From contig JBJMHS010000076.1 of NCBI GenBank assembly GCA_045807245.1, positions 1 to 42,966 on the forward strand: a DNA stretch of 42,966 nucleotides. The letters are read 5' to 3'. Below the pieces are notes generated by a model. The model saw only the letters and a list, made by a program, of their open reading frames with translations, was not told the DNA's origin and searched no databases. Below are positions 9,256 through 17,590 of this stretch, one piece after another; the first letter of the stretch is position 1, and each line of letters begins with the position of its first letter. The stretch is from Actinomycetales bacterium. GTDB taxonomy: Bacteria; Actinomycetota; Actinomycetes; Actinomycetales; CAVURS01. The translations under genes were made by a program, and so were the position numbers.

Positions 9256-10112
9256 TGCCCAGACAGCTGCTGTCGGTGGGAGACAACGTCGTCGACCAGT
9301 ACCCACAGCGGGGGTTCTTCTATCCCGGGGGCAACGCGGTCAACGTCGCCGTCCATGCGTCGCGCCTGGGGCTCGGCTCGGCGTACATCGGTGCCGTCGG
9401 CACAGACCCCGCCGGCGAGGTCGTGCTCAGCTCGCTTCGTGAGGAAGGGGTCGACACCGGTCGAACCCGCGTGGTCGACGGGCCCAACGCCTACGCCGTG
9501 GTCGAGGTCGTCGACGGCAACCGCGTGTTCGCGAAGGGTGACCTCGGCATCTCCGTGTTCGAGCTGGACGAGGGCGACCTGGCCCTCGCGCAGACGGTCG
9601 ACATCGTGCACACCGGGGAGTGCTCGAACGTCGAGGCGCAGGTGCCGCACCTCGCTCGAGCGGCCCGGACCTTGTCCTTCGACTTCTCTGAGCGGCCCTG
9701 GGACTACATCGAGGCGATCGCTCCACAGGTGGACGTGGCGACGAAGTCCGCGCCGGGCGCCGACCGGGCCACGGGCCTCGAGCAGGCGCGCCGGTTGCGT
9801 GCCCTGGGCCCGCGCACGGTAGCGGTCACGTTGGGCGCCGAGGGAGCAGTCGTCATCCAGGACGAAGAAGCCCACTGGGCTCCGGCGGGAGTCGGGCAGA
9901 TCGTCGACACCCTCGGCGCGGGAGACGCGTTCATCGCCCGGCTGTTGCTGGGCATGACCCAGGGCCACCCCATCGCGGACCTCGTGCTCCAGGCGACCCA
10001 CTACGCGACGCAGACGTGCGCGTCCTTCGGCGCGTTCGGCCATGCCACGTCACTGCAAGCCCTGTCCCCAGCAACCACTCAGCACTACCCCGACAGATTG
10101 GATGTGTCATGA
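9255..10112 (+). CDS. frlD: PfkB-family kinase, fructoselysine/fructosamine 6-kinase-like
   Basis: VGDNVVDQY...YPGGNAVNVAV, SFDFS and DTLGAGDAF; adjacent to the deglycases. Confidence 0.8.
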   Translation: MPRQLLSVGDNVVDQYPQRGFFYPGGNAVNVAVHASRLGLGSAYIGAVGTDPAGEVVLSSLREEGVDTGRTRVVDGPNAYAVVEVVDGNRVFAKGDLGISVFELDEGDLALAQTVDIVHTGECSNVEAQVPHLARAARTLSFDFSERPWDYIEAIAPQVDVATKSAPGADRATGLEQARRLRALGPRTVAVTLGAEGAVVIQDEEAHWAPAGVGQIVDTLGAGDAFIARLLLGMTQGHPIADLVLQATHYATQTCASFGAFGHATSLQALSPATTQHYPDRLDVS

Positions 10113-11455
10113 AGAAGGTGTTCCGAAGCAGCACGCTGCTGGCGGCCGCCGTTGCCGCCGGCCTGGCTGTCGCCGCCTGCGGCACCCCGAACAGCGGCAC
10201 GTCCGACTCCAAGCAGGGCAACCTGACAACGCCCAAGGCCAAGAGCGGCACGCTGTCCATCCTCACCAAGTTCGCCGACCCGCAGTACGCGCCGTACTTC
10301 GTCGACGTGGCGAAGGCCTACGAGGCGGCCAACCCGGGCGTCAAGGTGGACCTGCAGCAGGTCGGGGACCAGCCCTACAAGGACAAGATCCGCGTCCTCA
10401 CCGCGTCGCACAACCTGCCGGACATCTACTTCTCGTGGGCCGGTGACTTCGCCAACAAGTTCGTCCGTGGCGGCCTGGCCGCCGACCTGACGAGCGTGGT
10501 GGGCTCGAACACCGCGTGGGGCAAGACCTTCTCGCCGGCCGCGCTGCGCGCCTTCGAGCTCGACGGCAAGAACTACGCCGTGCCGGTCGACCTGGACGCC
10601 AAGTACATGGTCTACAACAAGACCGCGTTCACGAAGGCCGGCATCTCCTCGCCGCCCAGCAGTTTCGAGGACCTCGTCGCCGACTGCGGCAAGCTGAAGC
10701 AGGCGGGGTACACACCGATCGCGTTCGGCAACCAGTACGGCTGGCCCGCGATCCACTACCTGACGCAGCTCAACACCTTTGACGTCCCAGCAGCCACGCT
10801 GGCCCAGGACTACAACCCGGCGTCCGGAGCCTTTACGGATCCCGGTTACGTGACCGCTCTGACGCAGTTCCAGACGATCGTCAAGCAGTGCAGCAACCCG
10901 TCGGCCGACGGGCTGGCGCACGAGGCGGCCCAGGCGAACTTCCTCGCCGGAAAGGCCGGGATGCACTACCTGGAGCTCGTCGAGTTCCCGGTCCTGACCA
11001 CCAAGAAGGGCGCTTCCAAGGCGATCGCCGACAACTGGGGCTTCTTCCGCCTCCCGGCACCCTCCGGGGCGACAGGTGACACCAACGCGCTGACCGGTGC
11101 GCCGGACGGCTTCATGGTCAACAAGGACAGCAAGAACGCTGCCCTCGCGGTGGACTTCTTGAAGTTCATGACCAGCCTGGACAACGCCAAGAAGGAGACG
11201 GCCCAGATCGGCTACCTCAGCCCAGTGCTCGGCTCGTCGACGCCGGACAACTCCTTCGCCCAGCAGACCGAGGCGCTGTCCGACATGTCGAAGGCCAGCA
11301 ACTTCGCCATCTGGCTCGACACCGTCACCAACGCCCTCGTGGCCAACGCGTACCTGGCCGGCGCCGAGGGGATAGCCAACGGCACGCAGTCACCGCAGCA
11401 GGTCATTGCGGCGGTCCAGAAGGCGGCGGCGAAGGCGAAGAAGCAGGCTGGGTGA
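10109..11455 (+). CDS. Carbohydrate ABC transporter substrate-binding lipoprotein
   Basis: Lipobox VAAC; YEAANPGVKV, LPDIYFSW, YAVP and YNKTAF motifs. ATGA overlap with the kinase stop. Confidence 0.92.
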   Translation: MKKVFRSSTLLAAAVAAGLAVAACGTPNSGTSDSKQGNLTTPKAKSGTLSILTKFADPQYAPYFVDVAKAYEAANPGVKVDLQQVGDQPYKDKIRVLTASHNLPDIYFSWAGDFANKFVRGGLAADLTSVVGSNTAWGKTFSPAALRAFELDGKNYAVPVDLDAKYMVYNKTAFTKAGISSPPSSFEDLVADCGKLKQAGYTPIAFGNQYGWPAIHYLTQLNTFDVPAATLAQDYNPASGAFTDPGYVTALTQFQTIVKQCSNPSADGLAHEAAQANFLAGKAGMHYLELVEFPVLTTKKGASKAIADNWGFFRLPAPSGATGDTNALTGAPDGFMVNKDSKNAALAVDFLKFMTSLDNAKKETAQIGYLSPVLGSSTPDNSFAQQTEALSDMSKASNFAIWLDTVTNALVANAYLAGAEGIANGTQSPQQVIAAVQKAAAKAKKQAG

Positions 11456-11473
11456 AGCACTGAGGACAGGCAA

Positions 11474-11512
11474 GGGCAGCCGGCCCCGGGCATCCGCCGG
11501 GGCCGGCCGCCC
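11474..11512 (+). terminator. GC-rich stem-loop after the SBP gene (mRNA stabiliser or attenuator)
   Basis: GGGCAGCCGGCCCCGG, 7 nt loop, CCGGGGCCGGCCGCCC; 15 of 16 positions pair; no U tract. Confidence 0.6.
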
Positions 11513-11542
11513 CGGCCGACCAGCTGGGCAAGTGGAGGACTG

Positions 11543-12430
11543 ATGACCCGAACGTTGAGGCGCTGGCAGACCTGGTCGTGGGTGCTGCCGGCCGTCGTCC
11601 TGCTCGGCGTGTTCGTCTACTACCCGATCGTCGACAACATCCGGCTCAGCTTCTACTCCTGGAGCGCGTTCAACCCGCGCGCGGCGTTCGTCGGCTTCGA
11701 CAACTACACGACGGCGTTCGGGGACTCTGTCTTCCGGCGGGCGCTGCTCAACAACGTGCTGTACGCCGTGATCTCCATCGTCTTCCAGGTCGGCGGCGCT
11801 CTGGTCCTGGCAGCGGTCCTGGAGGAGGTGGTGCACTCGCGGCTGCGCGGCATCCTGCGCACCGTCTACTTCATCCCGGCGACCATCTCGATCACGGTTG
11901 CGGGCATCCTCTTCTCGTTCCTCTACAACCCGCAGATCGGCCTGCTGAACCGGGGCCTGAGCGCGCTGGGTCTTGGGTCGTGGGCGCAGGACTGGCTCGG
12001 CAACCCCCACACCGCGATCTTCGGGATCATCGGCATGAGCCAGTGGCAGTCGATCGGGTACACGGCTGTCCTGTTCATCGTCGCCATTCAGCGAATCCCT
12101 CGCGAGCTCTACGAGGCCGCCCGCGTCGACGGTGCGTCAGGGGTACGGACCTTCTTTGCCATCACCGTCCCGCTCCTGCGCGAGATGACCACCCTCGTCA
12201 TGATCCTGACGCTCTCCGGTGCCTTCCTCGTCTTCAACGAGGTCATGGTGATGACGGGCGGGGGACCGTCCAACTCGAGCCAGGTCCTCGGAACCTGGCT
12301 GTACCAGAACGCCTTCCTGCAGGACGACATGGGTTATGCCGCAGCCATTGCCACAGTGATCTTCGTGATCACGTTCCTCATCGCCGCGGCGCAGATCGTC
12401 TACTCGCGGCGACGGAGGGTGCAGTGGTGA
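11543..12430 (+). CDS. Carbohydrate ABC transporter permease 1
   Basis: FVGFDNY and the EAA loop ELYEAARVDGAS. Confidence 0.93.
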   Translation: MTRTLRRWQTWSWVLPAVVLLGVFVYYPIVDNIRLSFYSWSAFNPRAAFVGFDNYTTAFGDSVFRRALLNNVLYAVISIVFQVGGALVLAAVLEEVVHSRLRGILRTVYFIPATISITVAGILFSFLYNPQIGLLNRGLSALGLGSWAQDWLGNPHTAIFGIIGMSQWQSIGYTAVLFIVAIQRIPRELYEAARVDGASGVRTFFAITVPLLREMTTLVMILTLSGAFLVFNEVMVMTGGGPSNSSQVLGTWLYQNAFLQDDMGYAAAIATVIFVITFLIAAAQIVYSRRRRVQW

Positions 12431-13329
12431 CCGACATCGCCCGGACCGACTCCTCGACGCGCGGCCCGTCCAGGACCACGACCGTCCGGCCCAACCGTTC
12501 CGGTCTGACCGTGGGCCAGATCCTCGCCCGCGTCCTCATCTGGGTGGTCCTTGCGGCGCTCGTGGTCATCGTCATCTATCCCTTGCTCTGGATGGTGTTC
12601 AGCAGCTTCAAGGACAACAGCGAGGTGTTCGGGCACCCATGGGGCTTCCCGTCACAGCTGAGGTGGCACAACTTCGTGCAGGCCGGCAACGACGGGGTGG
12701 TCCGCTACTTCACGAACAGCGTCATCGTCACGGCGGCATCGATTCTCACGACGACGCTGGTGAGCGCCTGGGCGGCGTACGGGCTCGTCCGGGTCAAGAT
12801 CCCGCTGGCCGGGCCGACCACCCTGTTTCTCCTCGGCGGCCTCATGCTGGCCCCGACGGTCGCGCTGGTGCCCCTGTTCGGGCTGTTGCAGCAGCTGCAC
12901 ATCTACAACACCTACTGGGCCCTGATCGTGCTCTACACGGCGTTCCGGATCCCGTTCACGACCTTCCTGATCCGGGCGTACATGGTCGACCTGCCGCCTG
13001 ACGTCGACGAGGCCGCGATCATCGATGGTGCTACGCGGGCGCAGGTGTTCTGGCGAGTGATCCTGCCGATGTGCCGGCCGATCATGGTCTCGGCCGCTCT
13101 GCTCCAGGCCCTGTTCGCGTGGAACGAGTTCGTCTTCGCACTCGTGTTCATCAGCGACGGTCGCCTCAAGACGCTGCCGGTCGGCCTGGTCGATATGCAA
13201 AGCCGGCTGCTGACCAACTGGCCGGTGCAGTTCGCGGGCCTGACGATGGCTGCGCTGCCGATGATCGTCCTGTTCCTCATCGGGCAGCGGCAGTTCCTGC
13301 GCGGTCTCACGGACGGCATCGGCAAGTAG
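12427..13329 (+). CDS. Carbohydrate ABC transporter permease 2
   Basis: YPLLWMVFSSFK, DEAAIIDGA, WNEF and TLPVGL. GTGA overlap with permease 1. Confidence 0.93.
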   Translation: MTDIARTDSSTRGPSRTTTVRPNRSGLTVGQILARVLIWVVLAALVVIVIYPLLWMVFSSFKDNSEVFGHPWGFPSQLRWHNFVQAGNDGVVRYFTNSVIVTAASILTTTLVSAWAAYGLVRVKIPLAGPTTLFLLGGLMLAPTVALVPLFGLLQQLHIYNTYWALIVLYTAFRIPFTTFLIRAYMVDLPPDVDEAAIIDGATRAQVFWRVILPMCRPIMVSAALLQALFAWNEFVFALVFISDGRLKTLPVGLVDMQSRLLTNWPVQFAGLTMAALPMIVLFLIGQRQFLRGLTDGIGK

Positions 13330-13343
13330 CCCACGGCCCCGGC

Positions 13344-14450
13344 TCAGGCGGTTCCGACGGGTCGGACGGCGCGTCGCCGGCGCGGCGGGGCACCGACCGA
13401 CTCGCGAGCCAGCCACTGCGTCGGCACCACGTGCCGTTTCGGCCTGAGCTGCTCTCCGCGGACTCGGGCCACGAGACGGTTGGCGGCCAGTCGCCCCATC
13501 TCGTAGACCGGCTGCGCCATCACACTGAGCCCCGGCTGGACCACGTCGGCCCAGTCGGCGTCGTCGAAAGCGACCACGGATACATCCCTCGGTGCCGCGA
13601 GCCCGACGTCGCGCAGGGCCAGCAGGACCCCCAATGCGTTCGTGCTGTCCGTGGCGAAGACCGCAGTCGGCCGGTCCCGCAGCCGCAACAGCACCTCGGC
13701 CTCCTGGCGCGCGCCGGCCAGGTGGAAGTCCCCGGTGCGGACGTAGTCGGGACGGACCGGGATGCCTGCCGCTGTCAGCGCTTGGCGGTAACCCTCGAAC
13801 CGGTCCCGCGAGGTCGACGTCCCGTGGACCAGCCGACCCGCGGCGTCCGGACCGTCGAGGTGAGTGACGCCAGTCAACATCGCGATCTGGTTGTGACCAG
13901 CGGCGATGAGCCGTTCCGTGGCCTCCCGGCCTGCCTTGACGTTGTCGATCTGGACGACATCCACGGCCAGACCCGGAATGCGTCGGTCGAGCAGGACGAT
14001 CGGCAGCCCCGACGCGTTGGCCGCCCGCAGATGACCGCTCTCGTCGAGTGAGGCAGGAGTGACGACCATGCCGTCGACGCGTCGCTCCTGGAAGACCCGC
14101 ACGGCTGCCTCCTCGGCAACGGGATCCTCGTCCGTGTTGCTCAGGATGACCTGGAACCCGTTGGCTCGGGCGACATCGGTGAAGCCTCGAAGGGCCCCGG
14201 CGAAGAACACGTTCTCGATGTCGGCGAGGACCGCGCCGAGGGTGTTCGTCCGCCCGGTCTTCATCGACCGAGCCACACCGTTCGCGCGGTAGCCGAGCTC
14301 GGCTGCGGCGGCCAGCACTCGCTCCGCAGCGTCCGCGCTCACGGCGCCATAGCCCGCGAGGGCACGTGAGGCGGTGGAGCGCGAGACGCCCGCCACTCGG
14401 GCGACGTCGTGGATGGTTGCCAAGCCGTGACCACGCGACGGTGACGACAT
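13344..14450 (-). CDS. LacI-family transcriptional regulator (copy 2)
   Basis: ATIHDVARVAGVSRSTASRAL, YRANGVARSM and PRDVSVVAFDD. ATG 14450 lies 7 nt after TACATT. Confidence 0.92.
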   Translation of the reverse strand: MSSPSRGHGLATIHDVARVAGVSRSTASRALAGYGAVSADAAERVLAAAAELGYRANGVARSMKTGRTNTLGAVLADIENVFFAGALRGFTDVARANGFQVILSNTDEDPVAEEAAVRVFQERRVDGMVVTPASLDESGHLRAANASGLPIVLLDRRIPGLAVDVVQIDNVKAGREATERLIAAGHNQIAMLTGVTHLDGPDAAGRLVHGTSTSRDRFEGYRQALTAAGIPVRPDYVRTGDFHLAGARQEAEVLLRLRDRPTAVFATDSTNALGVLLALRDVGLAAPRDVSVVAFDDADWADVVQPGLSVMAQPVYEMGRLAANRLVARVRGEQLRPKRHVVPTQWLARESVGAPPRRRRAVRPVGTA

Positions 14451-14472
14451 GGCGCCGAATGTACCGCACAGG

Positions 14473-14530
14473 TTGACCGGCGGAACGGCGACTGGGATCG
14501 TTCTCACCATGAAGGATGGGAACGTTCTCA
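14473..14530 (+). promoter_or_regulatory. Promoter of the HAD gene with two LacI-type operators
   Basis: TTGACC (14473-78), 17 nt spacer, GATCGT. Palindromes TGGGATCGTTCTCA (14493-14506) and TGGGAACGTTCTCA (14517-14530). Confidence 0.72.
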
Positions 14531-15231
14531 AGATCGATAGCGAACGGAGCTTGCAGACGGTCCTCACTCAACCAGTGGGACTCGTGATCTTCGACTGCGA
14601 CGGCGTGCTCGTGGACAGTGAGGGCATCTCGGCGCGGGTCGGGGCCGAGGTCCTGACCGACCTCGGCTGGCCCGTGACGGCGGACGAGGTGATCCGGCGC
14701 TTCGCGGGCTGCACCGACGAGTACTGGCGAGCGAGTGTGGAGGGCGAGCTCGGACGACCGCTCGAGGACGGCTGGGATGCTGCCTACAGCTCCTGGTACG
14801 ACGACGCGTTCGACGCCGAGCTCGAGGCGGTCCCTGGCGTCGCCAGCGCGATCGCGGCCATCGACGTACCGTTCTGCGTCGCCTCGAACGGCTCGCACGA
14901 CAAGATCCGCGCGAGCCTGACCAGGGTCGGCCTGGCGGAGACGTTCGAGGGCCGGATCTTCAGTGCCCAGGACGTGCCGAACGGCAAACCGGCACCTGAC
15001 CTCTTCCTGTACGCCGCGCAGGCCATGGGCGTCGCGCCACAAGAGGCAGTCGTGGTCGAGGACACCCCGACGGGCCTCGCCGCAGCCCGCGCGGCCGGAA
15101 TGCGTTGCCTCGCCTACGCGTCGGGGCTGATCCCCGAGGACCGGCTGGCCGAAACACAGGCGTCCGTCTTCTTCGACATGCGGCAGCTTCCCGCTCTCGT
15201 GGCCGGGCTGTCTCGTCGGCCGGTCAGCTGA
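14509..15231 (+). CDS. HAD-superfamily phosphatase (YieH/CbbY-like)
   Basis: VIFDCDGVLVDSE, ASN, KPAPDLFL and VVEDT. Start is uncertain (ATG 14509 or TTG 14551). Confidence 0.88.
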   Translation: MKDGNVLKIDSERSLQTVLTQPVGLVIFDCDGVLVDSEGISARVGAEVLTDLGWPVTADEVIRRFAGCTDEYWRASVEGELGRPLEDGWDAAYSSWYDDAFDAELEAVPGVASAIAAIDVPFCVASNGSHDKIRASLTRVGLAETFEGRIFSAQDVPNGKPAPDLFLYAAQAMGVAPQEAVVVEDTPTGLAAARAAGMRCLAYASGLIPEDRLAETQASVFFDMRQLPALVAGLSRRPVS

Positions 15232-15805
15232 TCGGAGCCCGTCCGAGCCTCACAGTCGCGGAGTGGTGCTGACCGTCGGACGAGGTCCAGCTGACCCGCA
15301 CCTGGTCGCCGGGGCTGTGGTCGCCGATCGCGGACCGCAGCGCGCTCGCCGTACTCACCGTCGATCCGTCGACGGCGGTGATCCGGTCGCCTGCTCGCAG
15401 ACCCGCGGCCGCGGCCGCGCCGCCGTCCACCACACCGGCGATCGTCGTGCCGGTGTCGTTGGCCAGGGCAACTCCGAGGAACGCGCCGTACCCGATGTCC
15501 ACGGTCCCGCTGGAGTCGCCGCTCTCGATGGTGTGTACGACGGACATCACGGTCGCCATGGGGATCGCGAAACCGGTGGTGCTGTCGCTGGAAGCGGCGA
15601 CGTTCATGCCGACGACCTCGCCGTCGGAGTTCCGCAGCGCGCCGCCGGAGTCGCCGGGCATGAGATCCGCGTCGACCTGGATGAGGCCGGTGAGCCGCTG
15701 GGCGGAACCGCTGCCCTCGCTCTGCGCGGTGATCGACTGCTGGAGCGCCGTCACAGTGCCGGGCGAGGCCGTGAGCGAGCCGCCGTCGCCGCCGGCGTCA
15801 CCGAC
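15224..15805 (-). pseudogene. C-terminal half of an HtrA/S1C trypsin-like serine protease with PDZ domain, separated from its 5' half by the inversion
   Basis: VGDAGG...LIQVDADLMPGDSGGAL...VVGMNVA...GFAIP, then PDZ (AFLGV, AAAAGLRAGDRITAVDG). It has no N-terminus of its own. Confidence 0.9.
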
Positions 15806-16327
15806 CAGCTGAGTACCGCGTGGGCGAACTTCGACGAGCAGCTGACCTTCCACCACGAGGGCGAGCACGAGATCGCCTGGCCCGCGTTGAAGTCCATCGG
15901 CGTCAGCGAGGACGTCATCAGGGCCATGGACGCCGAACACGAGACGATGGCGGCCGCGCTCACCGAAGCCCGGACCGCGATGGACGCGTTGGGCCGTACG
16001 GCGGGTGGCGCGCAGAGTACGGCGGCGTTGACCGCGATGCGACGGCTCAAGGGCGTCACGGTCGAGCACCTCGACCACGAGGAGGCCGAGCTCGAGGAGC
16101 TCTACCTGAGCAAGCGCGAGACGCCGGAGATGAAGGCGATGGGCCGGCAGTTCGGCAAGGTGAGCCCGGCCCGGGGTGGCCGCTTCTTCGCCTGGGTGCT
16201 CGACGGCGCGACGCCCGACGAGCGGTCTGCGGTGACCAAGGAGGTGCCCGGTCCGGTCCTCAAGGTCCTCGGCGGGGTGTTCGGGCGCGGGTACCGAAAG
16301 AACGTCGCGCGCGCCTGGCGCAGCTGA
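15806..16327 (+). pseudogene. C-terminal 173 aa of a hemerythrin (HHE)-domain protein, inside the inverted segment
   Basis: QLSTAWANFDEQLTFHHEGEHEIAWPAL...MDAEH...EHLDHEEAEL contains the HHxxE, EH and HLxxEE hemerythrin ligand motifs. Confidence 0.88.
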
Positions 16328-16447
16328 GGCCGGGTCGGCGGTCAGGAAACTCCCAGACGACCCTGGGGCTGCCTTCACGTCGTTCATAGGTCTCGCACAG
16401 ACGGGCCGTCAAGGGTGGGCGCAGACGGACTCGAAGGGACGTAGACC

Positions 16448-16978
16448 ATGGACTCGCAGCACCCGCCCACGCCGCCGGCCGTGCCTCCGGCCTTCGGCGG
16501 CACCGGGCAGTCAGCTCCGCGGCGGATGATCCGCAGCACGACCGCCCTCGGCCTCGCGCTGGCGCTGGGGGTGGGGTCGTTCGGTGCCGGGTACGCGCTG
16601 GTCCACCACGGCACCAGCGCGCAGACAGCCACGAGCGCGACGCCGACTGCGCCCTCGAACGCCGAAGATTCGCTCGGCGCATCGACGTCCGCCGATAAGG
16701 GCATGGTCGAGATCACGTCCAAGCTGCCGAACGGCGCGGCCGCCGGCACCGGCATGATCCTGACCGCCGGCGGGATCGTGGTCACCAACCACCACGTCGT
16801 CGCGGGCGCGACCCAGATCCAGGTCACCGTCGTCAGCACTGGGCAGACCTATACGGCGCGCTACCTGCGCTCGGACTCGACCAAGGACGTCGCGCTGCTT
16901 CAGCTGGTCGGCGCGTCGAACCTGCAGACGGTCGGCGTTGACGCGTCAGGTGTGAAGACGGGGGACAAGGTCACGGCG
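16448..16978 (+). pseudogene. N-terminal half of the HtrA/S1C protease (TM anchor plus His and Asp of the triad), inside the inverted segment
   Basis: Pro-rich N-terminus, TM segment LGLALALGVGSFGAGYAL, then GTGMIL, VTNHHVV, DVALLQL and GDKVTA. It then runs into an unrelated antisense sequence up to the stop at 17134. Confidence 0.9.
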
Positions 16979-17089
16979 CTGCGCGCGCCCTCGGTCGCCC
17001 GCGGTGAACCGTTCCAGCGCGTCGACGAACCGGTCCAGGTCCCGCCGGAACGCACCGTGGATGGCCTTGTTCATGCTCATCTCGGTCAT
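16979..17089 (-). pseudogene. N-terminal 37 aa of the hemerythrin-domain protein (not in the ORF track)
   Basis: Manual translation MTEMSMNKAIHGAFRRDLDRFVDALERFTAGDRGRAQ contains the first helix HxAFRRDL. ATG lies 7 nt after TAAGGT. In the current orientation the frame ends at TGA 16948-16946. Confidence 0.85.
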
Positions 17090-17099
17090 GCCTTCGACC

Positions 17100-17546
17100 T
17101 TAGCCCGGGGTGCCTCGCTCGAGGTACGCCTTGAGGGCTGCGAGGGTACGACGGTTCTCCCGCTTGGTGACGGCGACGACGACGGGGTGCACGAGCCGGT
17201 AGCGGCCGTGGGTGACGATCGTGCCGGTCCGGTCGACCCGCGTGCGTGAGCCGACCGGCGTCAGCTGGTACCGGATCGTGATGTCGAGGTCGCCTTTGTG
17301 GCTCGACTGCCGGAACAGCAGCAGGCGATCCGGCTCGCACTCGAGCACCTGGCCCTGCATCACGTCGCCGGACGTATGGTCCGTATACGTCGACCCTTGC
17401 CGCACAGGGGTATCCGACACGTCCACGGTCGCGTGGTAGGTCCGCGACGGTTGGAGCCACCCGGCGTACCCGGGCAGGTCCGCGAGCGCGGCGTACACCG
17501 CGGCGGGCGGCGCTGCGATCTCGACACTGAGCCGGCTCACGGTCAT
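17100..17546 (-). CDS. SRPBCC (polyketide cyclase/START-like) family protein
   Basis: SVEIAAPPAAVYAALADL...W...YQLTPVGSRTRV...LAALKAYLE. Confidence 0.85.
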   Translation of the reverse strand: MTVSRLSVEIAAPPAAVYAALADLPGYAGWLQPSRTYHATVDVSDTPVRQGSTYTDHTSGDVMQGQVLECEPDRLLLFRQSSHKGDLDITIRYQLTPVGSRTRVDRTGTIVTHGRYRLVHPVVVAVTKRENRRTLAALKAYLERGTPG

Positions 17547-17590
17547 GACGCCGTTCAGCATCGCACGCGGTGCGCAGTACGGTCGGGCGC

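Larger units (their letters stand above)
15806..16978. other. Inverted segment (~1173 bp) whose breakpoints fall inside two genes
   Basis: Reverse-complementing this block joins ...GDKVTA|VGDAGG... (protease) and ...GDRGRAQ|QLSTAWANF... (hemerythrin), both in frame. Confidence 0.9.

Noticed and set aside
15225..16328. Repeated CAGCTGA at 15225, 15806 and 16321 as recombination sites
   Set aside because: A short motif that is common in GC-rich coding DNA, and it is absent from the right-hand breakpoint.
16448..17134. 228-aa ORF as an intact protease, and ORFs 15224..16387 (-) and 15263..16327 (+) as intact genes
   Set aside because: All three are chimeras of a real half-gene and an antisense frame that meet at the inversion junctions.
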